A DNA stretch of 30,939 nt from assembly GCA_000388065.2 (NCBI GenBank), contig KB932210.1. One strand, given 5' to 3'. The position numbers and the translations under genes were made by a program. Within the stretch, counting starts at the first letter, position 1; each line of letters begins with the position of its first letter. Positions 28,550 to 30,939 of the stretch are shown here, in pieces. Source of the stretch: Fonticula alba ATCC 38817. Lineage: Eukaryota > Protista > Nucleariida. The notes below the pieces were generated by a model that worked only from the letters and a program-made list of their open reading frames with translations, ran no database searches and was not told the DNA's origin.

Positions 28550-28630
28550 GGTGCGATGGCCGAGTGGTTAAGGCGGTGGTCTCAAGTTCCACTGATGAAG
28601 ATCTCATGGGTTCGAATCCCATTCGCACCA
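28550..28630 (+). tRNA. tRNA-Leu(CAA): tRNA-Leu, anticodon CAA, intronless, long variable arm
   Basis: Acceptor GGTGCGA/TCGCACC plus discriminator A. D-arm/A-box TGGCCGAGTGGTTAAGGC. Anticodon stem GTGGT/TCCAC with loop CTCAAGT. Variable arm TGATGAAGATCTC. T-arm ATGGG-TTCGAAT-CCCAT (B-box). No encoded CCA. Confidence 0.95.
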
Positions 28631-28631
28631 C

Positions 28632-28661
28632 ATTCTCCCAGCAATGGGAGAATCATTTTTT
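28632..28661 (+). terminator. Pol III terminator T6 preceded by a 9-bp GNRA-capped hairpin
   Basis: attctccca-gcaa-tgggagaat, then ca, then TTTTTT at 28656-28661. Confidence 0.8.
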
Positions 28662-28956
28662 CCCCGCGACCTTCCTTTTCCAGAGACCCACCAAAGCCGG
28701 CCCGTGTTCCGGCGCGCGAGAGACCCGGCCGCGGCGGGCGACCCGACGCAAGTGCCACCACCGAGAGAGGGAGAGAGAGACGCCACACGCAGCGGACGGG
28801 ATGCATACATTCTATTTTTATCAAGGAAGGGGCGGGGGGGGGGGGCCGCCGCCGGCGGGGGCGCGCCTTCTTCTTGCTCTTTTTCTTTTCTTTTCCCCGG
28901 TCCCTCTCGGAGGCCCGGGCGCGGGGCAGGGGCGCCGGCCCCGCCCGGTATGTGGC

Positions 28957-29396
28957 TTACTCCGCCTGGAGGCCCTCCAGCCGGGCGGCCTCCTCCTCCT
29001 GCATGAGAGGGGCCATGACAAGCCGCCCGCCCGCATTGCGTGGAACACAGGCAACCCCGCGGATGAACGCATGTGAGTGCGCGCGCCGTCAACAGGGGGG
29101 GGGGGGGGGGGGACACGTCTGAAGAGGAGGAAGAGGCTCTCCCACAGGGGAGATGTATCTTGCCGATCCGGGAGGGCCGCCCTCGTCGGAGTTCGCACCC
29201 TGAGGCCCGAGGCGGGGAGAGCCCGTCGCCCGCTGTTCCCCGCACGAATGCACTCCACCGAGCGCTTTTCGATGTCCACACGGGCATCATAAATCTTTTG
29301 GATCTTCCTCCGCCGATAGAGCGTGTGCTTTTTGTCGACCAGTTTAAGGGTCAGGCCACCAGAGCAGGAGAGACTTCGCGAAGGAGGGAGGGGGAA

Positions 29397-29471
<75 letters not shown>

Positions 29472-30468
29472 AACGCACCAGACTCTGGAGCCGGGCCAGA
29501 TCGGCGGCCAGGTCCTCCAGCTCGGTACTGAGCTCCGAGCGGGCTGCACCCGCGGCCCCCGGGAAACAGGGGGCGGGAGGAGGCATCGGAGGGAGTTGCG
29601 CGGGACATCGGGTCAGGCCTACACATCCCCGGAAGCGGCGCACACACACACACACACACACACGCATGCACGCACCAGCCAAAAGCTCATTGAACAGGAG
29701 CCCCAGGTCCGAGGCAGCCTGCAAACGCTCCTGCTTCAGCTGCCGGACGGCCATTTTGTCATTCTCCACATCCAGCTCTGGGGACCACACAGGGGCCAGC
29801 ATGTCAGCAGCAGCACGCACACGCGCGCACACACACACAACACACAGAGGCCGACAGGGGCGGCAACGCACTCAGGATGTCCACATTGATGTCGGCCGTC
29901 ATGCCCTCCGACAGGTACTCCAGGAAGTAGCGCTTGGCGCCGACTTCGACAAACTCAAACTTGCTGCGCTTCATCAAGTCCTGCGCGCGGGCACGGGGCA
30001 GACCGACGACCAGACGAGGTGAGTATACACACGCGCCGCCGGGAAAGGGGGGGAGGGGAACCCCTCGAAAAGATGCTGCCCGCCTGACATGCACACCGGC
30101 TCGCCCGCCCCCTTCACGCGCCGGCCGCCATGCCAGCGCAGGGCCAGGCGGCAAGAAAAATACCGGCCAGCGGCCACGCACCCGGACCAGGGCCAAGTCG
30201 CTGGCGGTCGCCTCAATCGACACCGGGTGCGCACGGATGTCATCCAGGAGGGTGGGCTCTGCGTGCGCGAGCTGCTCAAACTCCCTGGCCGCGTGCGCGC
30301 CCGGGCCGCAAACAGAGCACATCCCACAGGCACGCGAGGTCAGCAAATCCGCTTATGCATGTGTCTCCGCCCGGCAGCGGCGGGCGGCGGGCGGCGGCGG
30401 AGGAAGGCGCACCTCTGCAATTCGGGAGAGGCAGCCTCCGGCCGAGGCGCGGCACTTGGCAGTGACAT
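28957..30468 (-). CDS. Sos7/Kre28/Zwint-like outer-kinetochore coiled-coil protein
   Basis: Exons 30468-30413, 30284-30182, 29980-29872, 29777-29676, 29543-29479, an unresolved exon or exons around 29330-29200, and 28998-28957 (EEEAARLEGLQAE*). The spliced core SDLALVRDLMKRSKFEFVEVGAKRYFLEYL..KLDVENDKMAVRQLKQE resembles the fungal Sos7 pattern DL..YKELFSKLRF.Y.EQ..KE.F followed by a coiled coil (recalled, not searched). Confidence 0.5.
29397..29470. repeat. G74 homopolymer (poly-C on the pre-mRNA), intronic
   Basis: Directly visible. The exact length may be unreliable in the assembly. Confidence 0.9.
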
Positions 30469-30939
30469 GATCAAGAAGGCGAGGCGGCAAAAGGAGAGCA
30501 GACAACAACGAAAGTGATCGGGGGCGGGGGCGGGGGAGCGGGGGGGGGGAGAGATCTGGCCGCCCGGGCGCGCGCCGCTGCTGCCGCCGCGCAGGGGCAA
30601 AAAAAAACCGCGATCCCCCGCACCCCCTGGACCGGCGGCAGCCGCGGCCGATCCCGGCCGACGGATGCGTTGGCACTCAGTACCTGTTCCGGGCGCCGGC
30701 CGGGGGGGGGGGGGGGGGGGGGGCCGGGGTCGCCGGGCGCGTCCGGCCCGCCGACACACACACACACACACACCCCGCACCCGCCCCCAGGCCCCCGGAG
30801 TTTCCCCCTTCCGGGTGTCCCGTCCCCGGCGGCGGGCGTGCCGCCGGCGCCTCCTTCCCCCCCGGGCCGAACTCCGGAGCGGGATGGATGCGCCGATGCG
30901 GGTTGGTCCAAGGGCCTTGTGGAATAGCCCCCCCCCCCC

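Noticed and set aside
28550-28630. tRNA-Leu(CAA) as an intron-containing substrate of the nearby ligase, or as an integration site
   Set aside because: The gene is intronless (81 nt, normal loop), and I saw no duplicated tRNA 3' end or integrase in the window.

Overview
Very GC-rich eukaryotic genomic DNA: spliceosomal introns, many (CA/GT)n and poly-G/C tracts, and one 311-N assembly gap at 12493-12803. The style suggests a unicellular opisthokont such as a Fonticula-like protist (inference only). Left to right: (1) an intronless + strand ORF (121-2505) with six helix-turn-helix-like motifs in three pairs; (2) GCN1 on the - strand, with its 5' end in or beyond the gap; (3) a 4-exon SAM-dependent methyltransferase-like gene with an N-terminal hydrophobic anchor; (4) a 10-exon, ~1322-aa RNA end-healing/sealing enzyme with Trl1 architecture (ligase, kinase, 2H phosphodiesterase), a ligase domain resembling bacterial/phage Rnl1-type ligases, and an extra ~285-aa pseudokinase-like domain; (5) a ~1450-aa unrecognised protein with a histone-H1-like basic tail; (6) tRNA-Leu(CAA) followed by a perfect hairpin and T6; (7) a multi-exon Sos7/Kre28/Zwint-like kinetochore gene. 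I built the exon models by hand from GT..AG sites that keep the reading frame. Family assignments rest on remembered motifs, not database searches. Most ORFs in the supplied track are antisense or frame shadows caused by GC bias.
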